Notes: generated from the letters alone by a model not told the origin. Shown: positions 30,483-40,232, numbered from the stretch's first letter. The stretch: DNA of 52,258 bases from Promethearchaeota archaeon Loki_b32 (GCA_005223125.1 NJBH01000029.1:1-52258), one strand, 5' to 3'. Translations and numbers: made by a program.

Positions 30483-30728
30483 CAAATTACTGAAGATGAT
30501 TTTACAATTCATAAAGAACGGAAGATTAACCTTGTCTGCAGAGGGGAAATTAAAGGTTACATGTATACTTGTGAATGTAATGCTAAATAATCCGAAAACT
30601 GTGTCCAGGCATTGACAAACTTAGAAAATATTTGCTGGGCGTGTAATGCTTTAATGAATAACTCAAAACCCGTGAAACACTATGAGGAGAAAGAATTCTC
30701 AGAAATAACTCAGAAAAAGTTAAAATAG
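30483..30728 (+). pseudogene. Remnant of a Lokiarchaeia-type Cys-rich (RING/zinc-finger-like) C-terminal domain
   Basis: My translation: QITEDDFTIHKERKINLVCRGEIKGYMYTCECNAK*SENCVQALTNLENICWACNALMNNSKPVKH..., with an in-frame TAA at 30588-30590 and no start. Confidence 0.65.
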
Positions 30729-30905
30729 CAATAGGAAATCGTCAATGATGTAATTTTAATTAAAAAATCTTATATTTCAAACTTAAACTTTGAAAATATT
30801 CTACAGTAATTAATATTGAAATAATTAGGCATTGAGCTAAAGATTTTTTAAAGGAGAATCTGTATTATTTTATAGAGTAGAATTATAAAAATTTTAGTTA
30901 TCAAA

Positions 30906-31415
30906 TTGACTAATAATTTTAACAAAACTAAAGAATGGCTGAGTTTAGCATTCAATAATATAGAAAGAGTAATCAGAAATTATCAAATCAGTGATTATTC
31001 TGAATGCGTCTTCAAAATTCAAATATCAATAGAACAACTCCAAAAAGCATTAATTTTTCTTTTAGGATTACAATTTCGCAAAATTCATGATCCTTCAAGA
31101 ATATTAGATTCAATTGTTAATAACAATAGTCTTGAAATTGAAATAGAAATTCTTGACAGGATCAAAGAAGTAGCATTTTTAGCAAAAGGCATTGAAGGAG
31201 AAGGAACTACCACGCGATACGGGACAATAGAGGAGGGTAAGTTAATCTCCCCAGAAGATAAATATGATAAATTAGAAGCGGATAAATTTTTAAAAGATTT
31301 AAAAGTAATTTTAATAAATTTGAAAGAAATATTTAAAGAAATTTCAAATCTAAAACAAGATCTACCATTATTTACAAAATTTATAAAAGAATGTGAGGAT
31401 TTATTGATAGAATGA
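30906..31415 (+). CDS. HEPN domain protein (toxin of a HEPN-MNT pair)
   Basis: WL..A..., EQLQKAL, FRKIHD, TRY motifs; ATGA overlap with the MNT gene. Confidence 0.8.
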   Translation: MTNNFNKTKEWLSLAFNNIERVIRNYQISDYSECVFKIQISIEQLQKALIFLLGLQFRKIHDPSRILDSIVNNNSLEIEIEILDRIKEVAFLAKGIEGEGTTTRYGTIEEGKLISPEDKYDKLEADKFLKDLKVILINLKEIFKEISNLKQDLPLFTKFIKECEDLLIE

Positions 31416-31906
31416 ATCAAACTGAGCATATAGATTTAGCTTTCATAAAAATAGATTATTTTAAAAACAACTTAAGAAAATATCTACAATTTATTTTTGA
31501 GTTAAACTTGAAAATAAGAGCAATATTACTTTTTGGGTCTGTTGCAACAGGAAAGGCGCTTAATGATAATGAACATTCAAGTGATATCGACTTATTTATA
31601 ATATCTGATGATATAACTGTTGATCTTCTCAAGAGGAGTCAATGGGTGGTAAATTTGACTAGACCTGTTTGTTCAGGCATTCAGGCACTTTGGAGAACTT
31701 CAAAAGAAATTGAAAGCTATGTAGATTCAAAATATTATTTAATCTTAGACGCATTTGATGAAGGTAAGATTCTTTACGATCCAGATAATTTTCTTCACAA
31801 ATTAAGGGAAAGAACATTTAAGGAATTAAAAGAAAAAGGCGTCATTAAAACGGAGCTCTATTGGCAGTGGCCTTTAAAAAAGTTTGGTGATAAAATTGAA
31901 TATTAA
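31412..31906 (+). CDS. Minimal nucleotidyltransferase (MNT)
   Basis: ILLFGSVATG...SSDIDLFII. Confidence 0.88.
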   Translation: MNQTEHIDLAFIKIDYFKNNLRKYLQFIFELNLKIRAILLFGSVATGKALNDNEHSSDIDLFIISDDITVDLLKRSQWVVNLTRPVCSGIQALWRTSKEIESYVDSKYYLILDAFDEGKILYDPDNFLHKLRERTFKELKEKGVIKTELYWQWPLKKFGDKIEY

Positions 31907-31978
31907 TATTATTTAAAATTTATTAAATTAAGATTTATTTCTCTTATTACCAAAAACTCATAAATTTATAACGAGAAA

Positions 31979-33010
31979 ATGGACTTCATGACTAATTTTT
32001 TGAATGCAATCAATAAGTGTAAAATTATTTCAATTATTGGTCTCGCGAAAAATGTCAGTAAAACCACTACACTAAATTATATAATAAAGAATTTAGAAGG
32101 GTATAGGCTCGGTCTAACATCTATAGGAAGAGATGGAGAGAAATATGATGTGATTACACAGCTGCCGAAACCTCGAATATTTATTAAAATGGGTACGATT
32201 GTAGCAACAGCTAGACAGAGTTTTGAAGCTAGTGAAGTCAAAATGGAAATATTAAAGAAAACAGAATTTAACACTCCATTAGGAGAAATTTTAATATTAA
32301 AGGCATTGAGTGATGGTCTGATTGAATTAGCAGGACCCTCAATAAACAAATATTTACAAGAAATTTGTTTAGATTTAAAAAATTTAGGATGTGATTTGAT
32401 ATTAATCGATGGTGCCTTTGATAGGAGATCATATGCAACACCTATTATTTCTGATGCTACAATCCTTTCTACGGGTGCTTCTGTGTCAGAAGATATGCAA
32501 AATGTCATCAATTTAACAGTTCATACAATTGAATTACTAAATTTGGAAAGCGAAGTAGATCAACAAACAATAGAAATCGCACAAGAGATACTAAAAAAAT
32601 CAAAAGTAGGAATAATAGATAATAAAAACTCGATAAAATTATTAGACGTTCTAACTCCATTAGATTCAGCTAGAGATATTGCTAATATACTTGATGAAAA
32701 TTCAAAATATATTGTAATAAAAGGAGCACTCACCGATAAATCAATAGAAGATTTAATGAATCTTACTGATAAATATAAAGAAATTACAATTTTAGTGGAA
32801 GATGCTACTAAACTTTTTTTAAGTAAAAAGATAAAGAAGAAATTCCAAAAAAAAGGTGGAATTATAAAAGTTTTAAATTCAATAAAAGTAATTGCTGTTA
32901 CTATAAATCCTACTTCTCCATTGGGATATAGATTCGAAAAGAACACCTTTTTAAATTTAATGAAAAAAAATCTTAATGTTCCCGTGTTTGATCTTGGAAT
33001 TGATAATTAA
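31979..33010 (+). CDS. kamB: Lysine 5,6-aminomutase reactivase subunit KamB-like
   Basis: ISIIGLAKNVSKTTTLN, LTSIGRDGE, IDGAFDR, ILSTGA; lies immediately before kamD. Confidence 0.75.
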   Translation: MDFMTNFLNAINKCKIISIIGLAKNVSKTTTLNYIIKNLEGYRLGLTSIGRDGEKYDVITQLPKPRIFIKMGTIVATARQSFEASEVKMEILKKTEFNTPLGEILILKALSDGLIELAGPSINKYLQEICLDLKNLGCDLILIDGAFDRRSYATPIISDATILSTGASVSEDMQNVINLTVHTIELLNLESEVDQQTIEIAQEILKKSKVGIIDNKNSIKLLDVLTPLDSARDIANILDENSKYIVIKGALTDKSIEDLMNLTDKYKEITILVEDATKLFLSKKIKKKFQKKGGIIKVLNSIKVIAVTINPTSPLGYRFEKNTFLNLMKKNLNVPVFDLGIDN

Positions 33011-33052
33011 TTTACAATATTAATATAAAATTTAATATAAAATTTTGAAATT

Positions 33053-34651
33053 GTGAAAAGAATGACAGAAATTGGAAAACAATCAGAAAGTAAATTGAAT
33101 TTAGATTTTTCAGTAGTAAGTAAAGCTAGAGAAACGGCAAAAAAAATAGCGTTTGAGACTCAGAAATTTATTGATCACCATAGTACTACAACAATAGAAA
33201 GAACTGTTTGTAGATTGCTAGGAATAGATGATGTGGATGAATTTGATGTTCCACTTCCTAATATTGTTGTAGATAATATTAAAAAGGGAAATCACCTTGG
33301 AATTGGAGCTGCTATTTATATTGGCAATGCAATTTTACACACAAATCTTTCTCCTCAAGAAATTGCAGAAAAGATTGTTAAAGATGAATTAAATTTAACA
33401 GAATTGCCATTAAAGGATCTTTCTGAAATAAAAGCAACTATAAATCTCATTGCTCAAGAAACTTTAGTAAATATATCTCAAAATAGGAAAAAGAGAGATA
33501 AATTACTTCAAAAATATGGTGATAAGGAGGGACCATTGATATATGTTATTGTGGCTACAGGAAATATTTATGAAGATATTATTCAAGCTCAAGCAGCAGC
33601 AAGGCAAGGAGCTGATGTAATTGCAGTTATTAGATCTACAGTACAAAGTCTACTGGATTATGTACCTTATGGTGCGACAACAGAAGGATTTGGTGGAACA
33701 TACGCTACACAAGAAAATTTTCGTCTAATGAGAAAAGCTTTAGATGAAGTAGGTGAAGAATTAGGTAGATATATAAGGCTCACTAATTATTGTTCTGGGT
33801 TATGCATGCCTGAAATTGCTGCAATGGGTGCTTTTGAAAGACTTGATATGATGCTAAACGATGCCCTTTATGGGATTTTATTCCGCGATATCAATATGAA
33901 AAGAACTATTGTTGACCAATATTTTTCTAGAATGATTAATGCTTATGCTGGTGTAATTATTAATACTGGAGAAGATAACTACTTAACTACAGCCGATGCC
34001 TATGAAACAGCTCACACTGTTCTTGCTTCTGAATTTATTAATGAGCAATTTGCATTACTTGCAGGATTAAAAGAAGAACAGATGGGGTTAGGTCATGCAT
34101 TTGAAATGAATCCTGATTTAGAGAATGGTTTTTTATATGAACTCGCTCAAGCTCAAATGGCACGAGAGATATTTCCAAAAGCTCCTTTAAAATATATGCC
34201 TCCAACCAAATTTATGACTGGAAATATATTCAAAGGACATATTCAAGATGCTTTATTTAATATGATAACTATAATGACAAATCAAAGAATTCATCTCCTT
34301 GGTATGTTAACAGAGGCAATCCATACTCCATTTATGTCAGATAGAGCTTTATCCATTGAAAATGCGCGCTATATATTCAACAATATGAAGTCAATTAGTG
34401 AAGAAATAGTATTTAGGAAAGGGGGATTAATGGAAAAACGAGTTGACGAAGTTCTTAATAAAGCTTATGATTTATTAAAAGAAATCGAAAAACAAGGATT
34501 ATTTAAAACTATTGAAAAAGGAATCTTTGCGAGCATTAAAAGACCAATAGATGGAGGTAAAGGATTAGATGGTGTATTTAAGAAAGAAAAAGACTATTTT
34601 AATCCCTTTATTGAATTTATGATTAAAGAATTAACAAAAGGAGGGAATTAA
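33053..34651 (+). CDS. kamD: Beta-lysine/D-lysine 5,6-aminomutase alpha subunit
   Basis: YVIVATGNIYED, AVIRST.QSLLDYVP, TNYCSGLCMPE, KYMPPTKFMTG. The start may be the ATG at 33062. Confidence 0.96.
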   Translation: MKRMTEIGKQSESKLNLDFSVVSKARETAKKIAFETQKFIDHHSTTTIERTVCRLLGIDDVDEFDVPLPNIVVDNIKKGNHLGIGAAIYIGNAILHTNLSPQEIAEKIVKDELNLTELPLKDLSEIKATINLIAQETLVNISQNRKKRDKLLQKYGDKEGPLIYVIVATGNIYEDIIQAQAAARQGADVIAVIRSTVQSLLDYVPYGATTEGFGGTYATQENFRLMRKALDEVGEELGRYIRLTNYCSGLCMPEIAAMGAFERLDMMLNDALYGILFRDINMKRTIVDQYFSRMINAYAGVIINTGEDNYLTTADAYETAHTVLASEFINEQFALLAGLKEEQMGLGHAFEMNPDLENGFLYELAQAQMAREIFPKAPLKYMPPTKFMTGNIFKGHIQDALFNMITIMTNQRIHLLGMLTEAIHTPFMSDRALSIENARYIFNNMKSISEEIVFRKGGLMEKRVDEVLNKAYDLLKEIEKQGLFKTIEKGIFASIKRPIDGGKGLDGVFKKEKDYFNPFIEFMIKELTKGGN

Positions 34652-34652
34652 A

Positions 34653-35444
34653 ATGGGAGGAGGACAATATTCAATTGAAAGGGAAAATTCTGATAAGAAT
34701 CTTGATTTAACTAGAATTAAACCTTATGGAGATACAATGAACGATGGGAAGGTTCAATTAAGTTTTACCCTTCCTATAGAACATGATGAAAAAGCAATTG
34801 AAACCGCTAAAGAACTCGCAGTAAAAATGGGGATAAAAGATCCTGAAGTAACATATCATACTACTTTAGACAAAGGATTCACTTATTTTGTAGTTTATGG
34901 AAAGTCAATTCATACCATCGATTACACGAAAATTAAAGTAGAAACCGTAGAAGTAGATGTTATGTCAATAGAAGATATTAATAACTATATCAAAGAAAAG
35001 ATTAGGCGTAAATTGGTCATCCTTGGAGCATCAACGGGATCCGATGCTCATACTGTAGGGATTGATGCAATTATAAATATGAAAGGTTTTGCTGGTCATT
35101 ATGGTCTTGAACATTATGAAATGATCGAAGCTTTTAACTTGGGGAGTCAAGTAACAAATGAAGAATTTGTTAAAAGAGGGATAGAACTTAACGCTGATGT
35201 TTTACTTGTTTCGCAAACAGTTACACAGAAAGATATTCATGTAAAAAACCTAACACAATTGGTAGACTTACTGGAAGCTGAGGGCATAAGAGATAAAATC
35301 ATTTTAGTTTGCGGTGGAGCTAGAGTAAGTAATGAATTAGCAAAAGAATTAGGATATGATGCTGGATTTGGTCCAAGTACTTACGCCGAAATTGTAGCAT
35401 CGTTTTTCGTAAAAGAATTTGTAAGAAGAAAAAAATTAGATTGA
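34653..35444 (+). CDS. kamE: Lysine 5,6-aminomutase beta subunit (B12- and PLP-binding)
   Basis: KPYGDTMNDGKVQLSFTLP, DAHTVG base-off motif, NMKG PLP lysine, SQTVTQ. Confidence 0.96.
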   Translation: MGGGQYSIERENSDKNLDLTRIKPYGDTMNDGKVQLSFTLPIEHDEKAIETAKELAVKMGIKDPEVTYHTTLDKGFTYFVVYGKSIHTIDYTKIKVETVEVDVMSIEDINNYIKEKIRRKLVILGASTGSDAHTVGIDAIINMKGFAGHYGLEHYEMIEAFNLGSQVTNEEFVKRGIELNADVLLVSQTVTQKDIHVKNLTQLVDLLEAEGIRDKIILVCGGARVSNELAKELGYDAGFGPSTYAEIVASFFVKEFVRRKKLD

Positions 35445-35470
35445 AATGTAAACTGTTCTGGATGTTAAAC

Positions 35471-35740
35471 TCATTTTTGCCAAGCTCTCATAACCATATG
35501 TGTATTTGAGCTGGAAATTCCTTGAATAAGATCAATTTTATTGGCAAAAATATCAAATAATTCTTCCGGAGTTTCTACTTCAATCTCTGTTAAAACATCA
35601 TAATCTCCTGTTAAAGACATAATTTTTTTAATTTGAGGGATATTTTTCAGTTCTTCAATTACGCTGTTTATTACACTTAATCCTAACTTAAAAAGACTTA
35701 TCGCAATAATTGTTATAATAGTTCGCCTTTTTTTATTCAA
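35471..35740 (-). CDS. Stand-alone Lrp/AsnC ligand-binding (RAM) domain protein
   Basis: LKNIPQIKKIMSLTGDYDVL...IDLIQGISSSNT; no HTH. Confidence 0.85.
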   Translation of the reverse strand: MNKKRRTIITIIAISLFKLGLSVINSVIEELKNIPQIKKIMSLTGDYDVLTEIEVETPEELFDIFANKIDLIQGISSSNTHMVMRAWQK

Positions 35741-37056
35741 GTTGATAATTTTTCAATTTTATTAATAAAAATAATTTCTATTTTTTTAATTTCATTAATT
35801 GGTTTTAATCGTTTATTAACTAAAGAATAAAGATCTTTAATAGAACTAATTTTGACATCAACTAACAAATCATAAGTTCCAATTATAGCATTAACTGATT
35901 TAACTCCATAATATTTCAAAATCCTTAAAATTATAGGCTTTATTTTTCCCATCCTTAGAGTTATTAAAAGGTATGCTTTTACTAAATTCTTAGTTTCATG
36001 AGCATAGCGAAATACTATAGTAATAATTAACAAGAATATCGTTATTATTAAAAGATCATAAGGAAAATATTCGCTAATTAGAAGTACTGAGAATATTATC
36101 GAACCCAAAGGATCAATTAAATTCAATATACTACTCCATTGGCTATATGTTAAATTTTCTGATTTCCAATTTACATTAGTAATGAATATAAGAATATATG
36201 GAATCAAAGTAGAAAAAATTATCAAATATAATATTTCCCATCTACCTAGAATAACAAAAAAATTTAAAAATTGGTTGAAAAATTGAACAGATTCAAATTT
36301 TAATTCATTAGGAAATGGTAAAATTGCTACAACAAACACAAATGGAATCATAGAAAGGGTTCCAAGAAAAAATGACACGCCAATTTTTATAAGGAATCGT
36401 GGAATTTTATAAAATTTATTTTTACTTACTAACTTCACTTCTTCTTTTGATAATGCATCTCTATTTATACTAACGTATAAAAAAGAAATTGTTATACTAA
36501 AAATCAAAAGATATAAAGCACCATTAAATGTAATAGGTTTTCCCTTTAAATCCCCACCTTTAATACTTATAAATATTAATATAATAATTGAAAAAGCTAA
36601 CATAATAATATAGAGAACTTTAAATATGTCAAACTTCTCAAAATTAACTCCTTTATTATACAACGCAATTATAATAACGCTAAGTAAAAATCCTGTCATC
36701 GCAAAAATTATTGATGTGGTTTTTAACGCTAAAAAAAAGAAAATAAGATGAAGTATAATTCCAAAAAACCCTAACAACCAATAATAATAGATATTTTTAA
36801 TATGGTAAAAACGTCTATTTGGATGAAATAAATTCTTGAAAAAGGATTTTATAGGTATTTCTTTATTTTGAGTTAATTTATTATTATATATTATTAAAAT
36901 CAGTGCTAATAGAAATAAAAAAGCCCCTGAGATCAAAAACCTTAAAAAAATTACCATTATTATTGATACTTCCAAAAATAACTCAGATACCACTATTGGA
37001 ATAAAACTCCATAGAAGATTAGCTATTACGATGTTAATTAGTAGTTTATTACTCAT
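35737..37056 (-). CDS. DMT/EamA-like polytopic membrane protein fused to a C-terminal Lrp/AsnC (RAM) domain
   Basis: About 10 TM segments with ANLLWS, FLRF and ILNLIDPLGS EamA-like motifs; the C-terminal ~80 aa contain AYLLI...IIGTYDLLV. Confidence 0.75.
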   Translation of the reverse strand: MSNKLLINIVIANLLWSFIPIVVSELFLEVSIIMVIFLRFLISGAFLFLLALILIIYNNKLTQNKEIPIKSFFKNLFHPNRRFYHIKNIYYYWLLGFFGIILHLIFFFLALKTTSIIFAMTGFLLSVIIIALYNKGVNFEKFDIFKVLYIIMLAFSIIILIFISIKGGDLKGKPITFNGALYLLIFSITISFLYVSINRDALSKEEVKLVSKNKFYKIPRFLIKIGVSFFLGTLSMIPFVFVVAILPFPNELKFESVQFFNQFLNFFVILGRWEILYLIIFSTLIPYILIFITNVNWKSENLTYSQWSSILNLIDPLGSIIFSVLLISEYFPYDLLIITIFLLIITIVFRYAHETKNLVKAYLLITLRMGKIKPIILRILKYYGVKSVNAIIGTYDLLVDVKISSIKDLYSLVNKRLKPINEIKKIEIIFINKIEKLST

Positions 37057-37262
37057 AGACCTTATATGTTTGAAATTATATTATCAATTTTATCTAAGCT
37101 TAGATTAAAAATAAAAAGCTAAAAATAAGTTTTATTAGTTTCACAATTTTTATTTACCCATATTATTCCCTTATTGATATTTTGGAAAAAAATTAAAATT
37201 TTATTATATATATCAATTAATTAAATGTTAATTTTAATATAAAGAAGTAAATGTGAAATTTT

Positions 37263-38525
37263 ATGCCAAGTTCAAAAGACTATATTGAAATGGATTTAGA
37301 ATATTGCGCCCATAATTATCATCCAATTCCAGTTGTTATATCAAAAGCAGAAGGAGTTTGGGTTTATGATCCAGAAGGTAAAAAGTATTTAGATTGTTTA
37401 TCTGCTTATTCAAGTCAAAATGCGGGTCACTGTCATCCTGAAATTGTGGCGACATTAAAAGAACAAGCAAATATCGTTACTCTTACCTCTCGTGCGTTTC
37501 ATAATGATATGATGGGCCCTTTCCTCAAAATGTTAGCAGATGTTGTTGGACCACACATTAATGATCCTACAAACTCAGGTATAATGTCCCTCCCTATGAA
37601 TACAGGGACAGAAGCGGTATCTACGGGCATAAAAGTAGCAAGAGCATGGGGATATATAAAGAAAAAAATTCCTAAAAATGAAGCAATAATAATTGTATGT
37701 AGAAACAATTTTCATGGAAGAACCATCACTATTGTTGGTTTTAGCTCTGATATTTCAGCAGCTCGGTACTATGGAAACTTTGGTCCCTATACACCGGGAT
37801 TTATAATTATCCCTTATGGAGATGCTGAAGAATTAGATAATGTAATATTAGAAATCGGTCCAGAAAAAGTAGCAGCCTTTTTAGTCGAACCAATACAAGG
37901 AGAAGCAGGAGTTAATGTTCCTCCAGAAGGATACTTACGTAAGGTTAGAGAAATTTGTACAAAACATAATGTATTACTGATTTTAGATGAAATTCAAACG
38001 GGTTTTTGTCGAACTGGAGAATTTTTTGCATGTGATCATGAGGACGTGAAACCAGATATGTTATTATTAGGTAAGGCTCTTGGGGGTGGCGTTTATCCTG
38101 TTTCTGCATGTGTATCGACAAAAGAAATTATTGGTCCAGATGTGATAACTCCTGGAACTCATGGAAGCACTTTCGGTGGAAATCCTTTAGCTGCTGCTAT
38201 TGGAATGAAATCAATAGATATCCACTTACGCGAGAATCTTGCTGAACGATCTAAAGAGATGGGCGCATATTTTATGAAAAGATTAAAAGAAATTGCTGAA
38301 AAAAGGACTAAAATACCAATTAAAGAAATTAGAGGAAAAGGATTATTGATCGCGGTTGAATTTACTGAAGATGCAAGGCAAATTGTCGAAGAGCTCAAAG
38401 ATAATGGAATCTTAGCTAAAGATACTCACTCAACAACCATACGATTTGCACCCCCTTTAGTAATTACTAGAGAAGAAATTGATTGGGCTATGGAAATAAT
38501 TGAAAAAGTATTTGTGAAACAATAA
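37263..38525 (+). CDS. rocD: Ornithine--oxo-acid aminotransferase
   Basis: AHNYHP, DCLSAYS, TLTSRAF, EPIQGEAG, DEIQTG, LGKALGGG, HGSTFGGNP. Confidence 0.93.
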   Translation: MPSSKDYIEMDLEYCAHNYHPIPVVISKAEGVWVYDPEGKKYLDCLSAYSSQNAGHCHPEIVATLKEQANIVTLTSRAFHNDMMGPFLKMLADVVGPHINDPTNSGIMSLPMNTGTEAVSTGIKVARAWGYIKKKIPKNEAIIIVCRNNFHGRTITIVGFSSDISAARYYGNFGPYTPGFIIIPYGDAEELDNVILEIGPEKVAAFLVEPIQGEAGVNVPPEGYLRKVREICTKHNVLLILDEIQTGFCRTGEFFACDHEDVKPDMLLLGKALGGGVYPVSACVSTKEIIGPDVITPGTHGSTFGGNPLAAAIGMKSIDIHLRENLAERSKEMGAYFMKRLKEIAEKRTKIPIKEIRGKGLLIAVEFTEDARQIVEELKDNGILAKDTHSTTIRFAPPLVITREEIDWAMEIIEKVFVKQ

Positions 38526-38527
38526 AA

Positions 38528-39445
38528 CTAACTATCTAAAATTATTTGAGTACCAGCTTTTCCTTCTAATGCCTCCTTTATTTTTTCAATAGAAGTAATA
38601 ATAGCTTTTTCTCCTCCTACTTCCAAAAAATTTATAACTGCTTGAATTTTAGGGCCCATACTTCCAGTATGAAATTGTCCTTTACTTAAATGTTTCTTGG
38701 CTTCAGATATAGTAAGTTTTTCTAGATCTTTTTGATTTGGAGTGCCATAATTTAGAGCGACTTTCTCAATATCTGTTGCAATAAGAAGAATGTTCGCTCC
38801 TATTTGCTCAGCTAATTTTGAACTGGCAAGATCTTTATCTATTACTGCTTCAACACCATATAACTTTTTTTCTTCCTTTATAACGGGGATACCACCTCCA
38901 CCACAAGCTATAACAATCCAGCTTCCAAGTTCCATTAATTTCTTTATTTCACGCCATTGATATATTTTTATAGGCTTTGGGGAAGGAACCACTTGTCGCC
39001 ATCCCTTAGCTGTTTTAACTTGGCCTGGTCTTATACGGACTGGATATGCGGGACCAATTGGTTTTGTGGGGTTTTTAAAAGCAGGATCTTCAGGATCAAC
39101 TTTCACATAAGTTAGAACTGTTAGGAAAAGCTTTTCTTCATCAAGCCCTATTTTCATAAGCTCTTCATCCAATGTGCTCTCAATCATGAACCCAATTTGG
39201 CCTTGAGTCTCCGCTACTAATATTTGTAATGGCCTTTTTGATACAAATTCAGTTGCCTCTTGTTGTAGCAAGAGATTCCCTACTTGCGGGCCATTACCGT
39301 GTGTTATAATAATATTATAGTCTTTTGCTAGTTCCGCAATCTGACTTATAGGAACCCTAAGATTCCGAAATTGTTCTTCTGTGGTACCTTCTTCTCCAAA
39401 TTTTATTAAAGCATTCCCACCAAGAGCAACAATTAACGTTTTCAA
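38528..39445 (-). CDS. arcC: Carbamate kinase
   Basis: ALGGNAL, THGNGPQVG, NPTKPIG, GGGGIPV, VIDKD, GSMGPK. Confidence 0.96.
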   Translation of the reverse strand: MKTLIVALGGNALIKFGEEGTTEEQFRNLRVPISQIAELAKDYNIIITHGNGPQVGNLLLQQEATEFVSKRPLQILVAETQGQIGFMIESTLDEELMKIGLDEEKLFLTVLTYVKVDPEDPAFKNPTKPIGPAYPVRIRPGQVKTAKGWRQVVPSPKPIKIYQWREIKKLMELGSWIVIACGGGGIPVIKEEKKLYGVEAVIDKDLASSKLAEQIGANILLIATDIEKVALNYGTPNQKDLEKLTISEAKKHLSKGQFHTGSMGPKIQAVINFLEVGGEKAIITSIEKIKEALEGKAGTQIILDS

Positions 39446-39588
39446 AGAAAAACCTCAAATATTACATTAATTAACACTAGGAGAAAAAAATAATAATATC
39501 TAACTTATTATTTAAAATTTTTCACAAAAGAAAGTTCCTTTCTATTAATTGAAGATTTATGAATCTGGTTCTGCTTTTTATACGTAAG

Positions 39589-39996
39589 TCAATATGAAAT
39601 TAGTTCAATACCCTCAATAATCTCAAAATGCTTAATATTTTTAGTAATAATTCTTTTTATACCATTTGAAAGCATAATTCCCGCGATTAGGATATCGTTA
39701 TCATCTATTCTTTGCCCTTTGGATTCAAGAGCATCAGATATCTTTGCTGCTTTTTCAGCTTCTTTAAATCCTAAGGTGAAGATTTCCATACTACTTATAA
39801 ACTCCATCCAAATTTTATAGAGTTTTTTATACCTCTCTTCTGAAATTATTCTTCTTGTACGTTCTAAACCAATATTTACTTCATAAATAGAAATGGATGT
39901 AAGATTGAATAGGCTTTCTTGTTCAGAGAGAACTTTTTTAATTTGTTCGTTTCCATTTAGATAATCTATGCATGCGGAAGTATCAAGAATAATCAT
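39589..39996 (-). CDS. vapC: VapC PIN-domain toxin
   Basis: ILDTS, YE, DILIAG, TKN..HF. Confidence 0.92.
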   Translation of the reverse strand: MIILDTSACIDYLNGNEQIKKVLSEQESLFNLTSISIYEVNIGLERTRRIISEERYKKLYKIWMEFISSMEIFTLGFKEAEKAAKISDALESKGQRIDDNDILIAGIMLSNGIKRIITKNIKHFEIIEGIELISY

Positions 39997-40232
39997 TTTA
40001 TTTCACCAGTTCCAGATCTTTTCCAACTACGACCAGGACGATTTGAAATATCATCCCAAATCTCAATTTTCTCTTTATTAGAAAGATTCCATGCTCCAAA
40101 GCTTTTTTCCATTTTATTTTTTTGGATTCTTAATAATCTTAGGAAAAGTTCAGAGAAACTTTCGTTCTCTCCCTTTATTTTCATTAATTTTTTATAGACA
40201 TTCTCAGTAATACTAATATTTTTTGAAGTCAT
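39993..40232 (-). CDS. vapB: VapB-family antitoxin
   Basis: MTSKNISITENVYKKL...ESFSELFLRL; ATGA overlap with vapC. Likely start at 40232. Confidence 0.85.
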   Translation of the reverse strand: MTSKNISITENVYKKLMKIKGENESFSELFLRLLRIQKNKMEKSFGAWNLSNKEKIEIWDDISNRPGRSWKRSGTGEIK

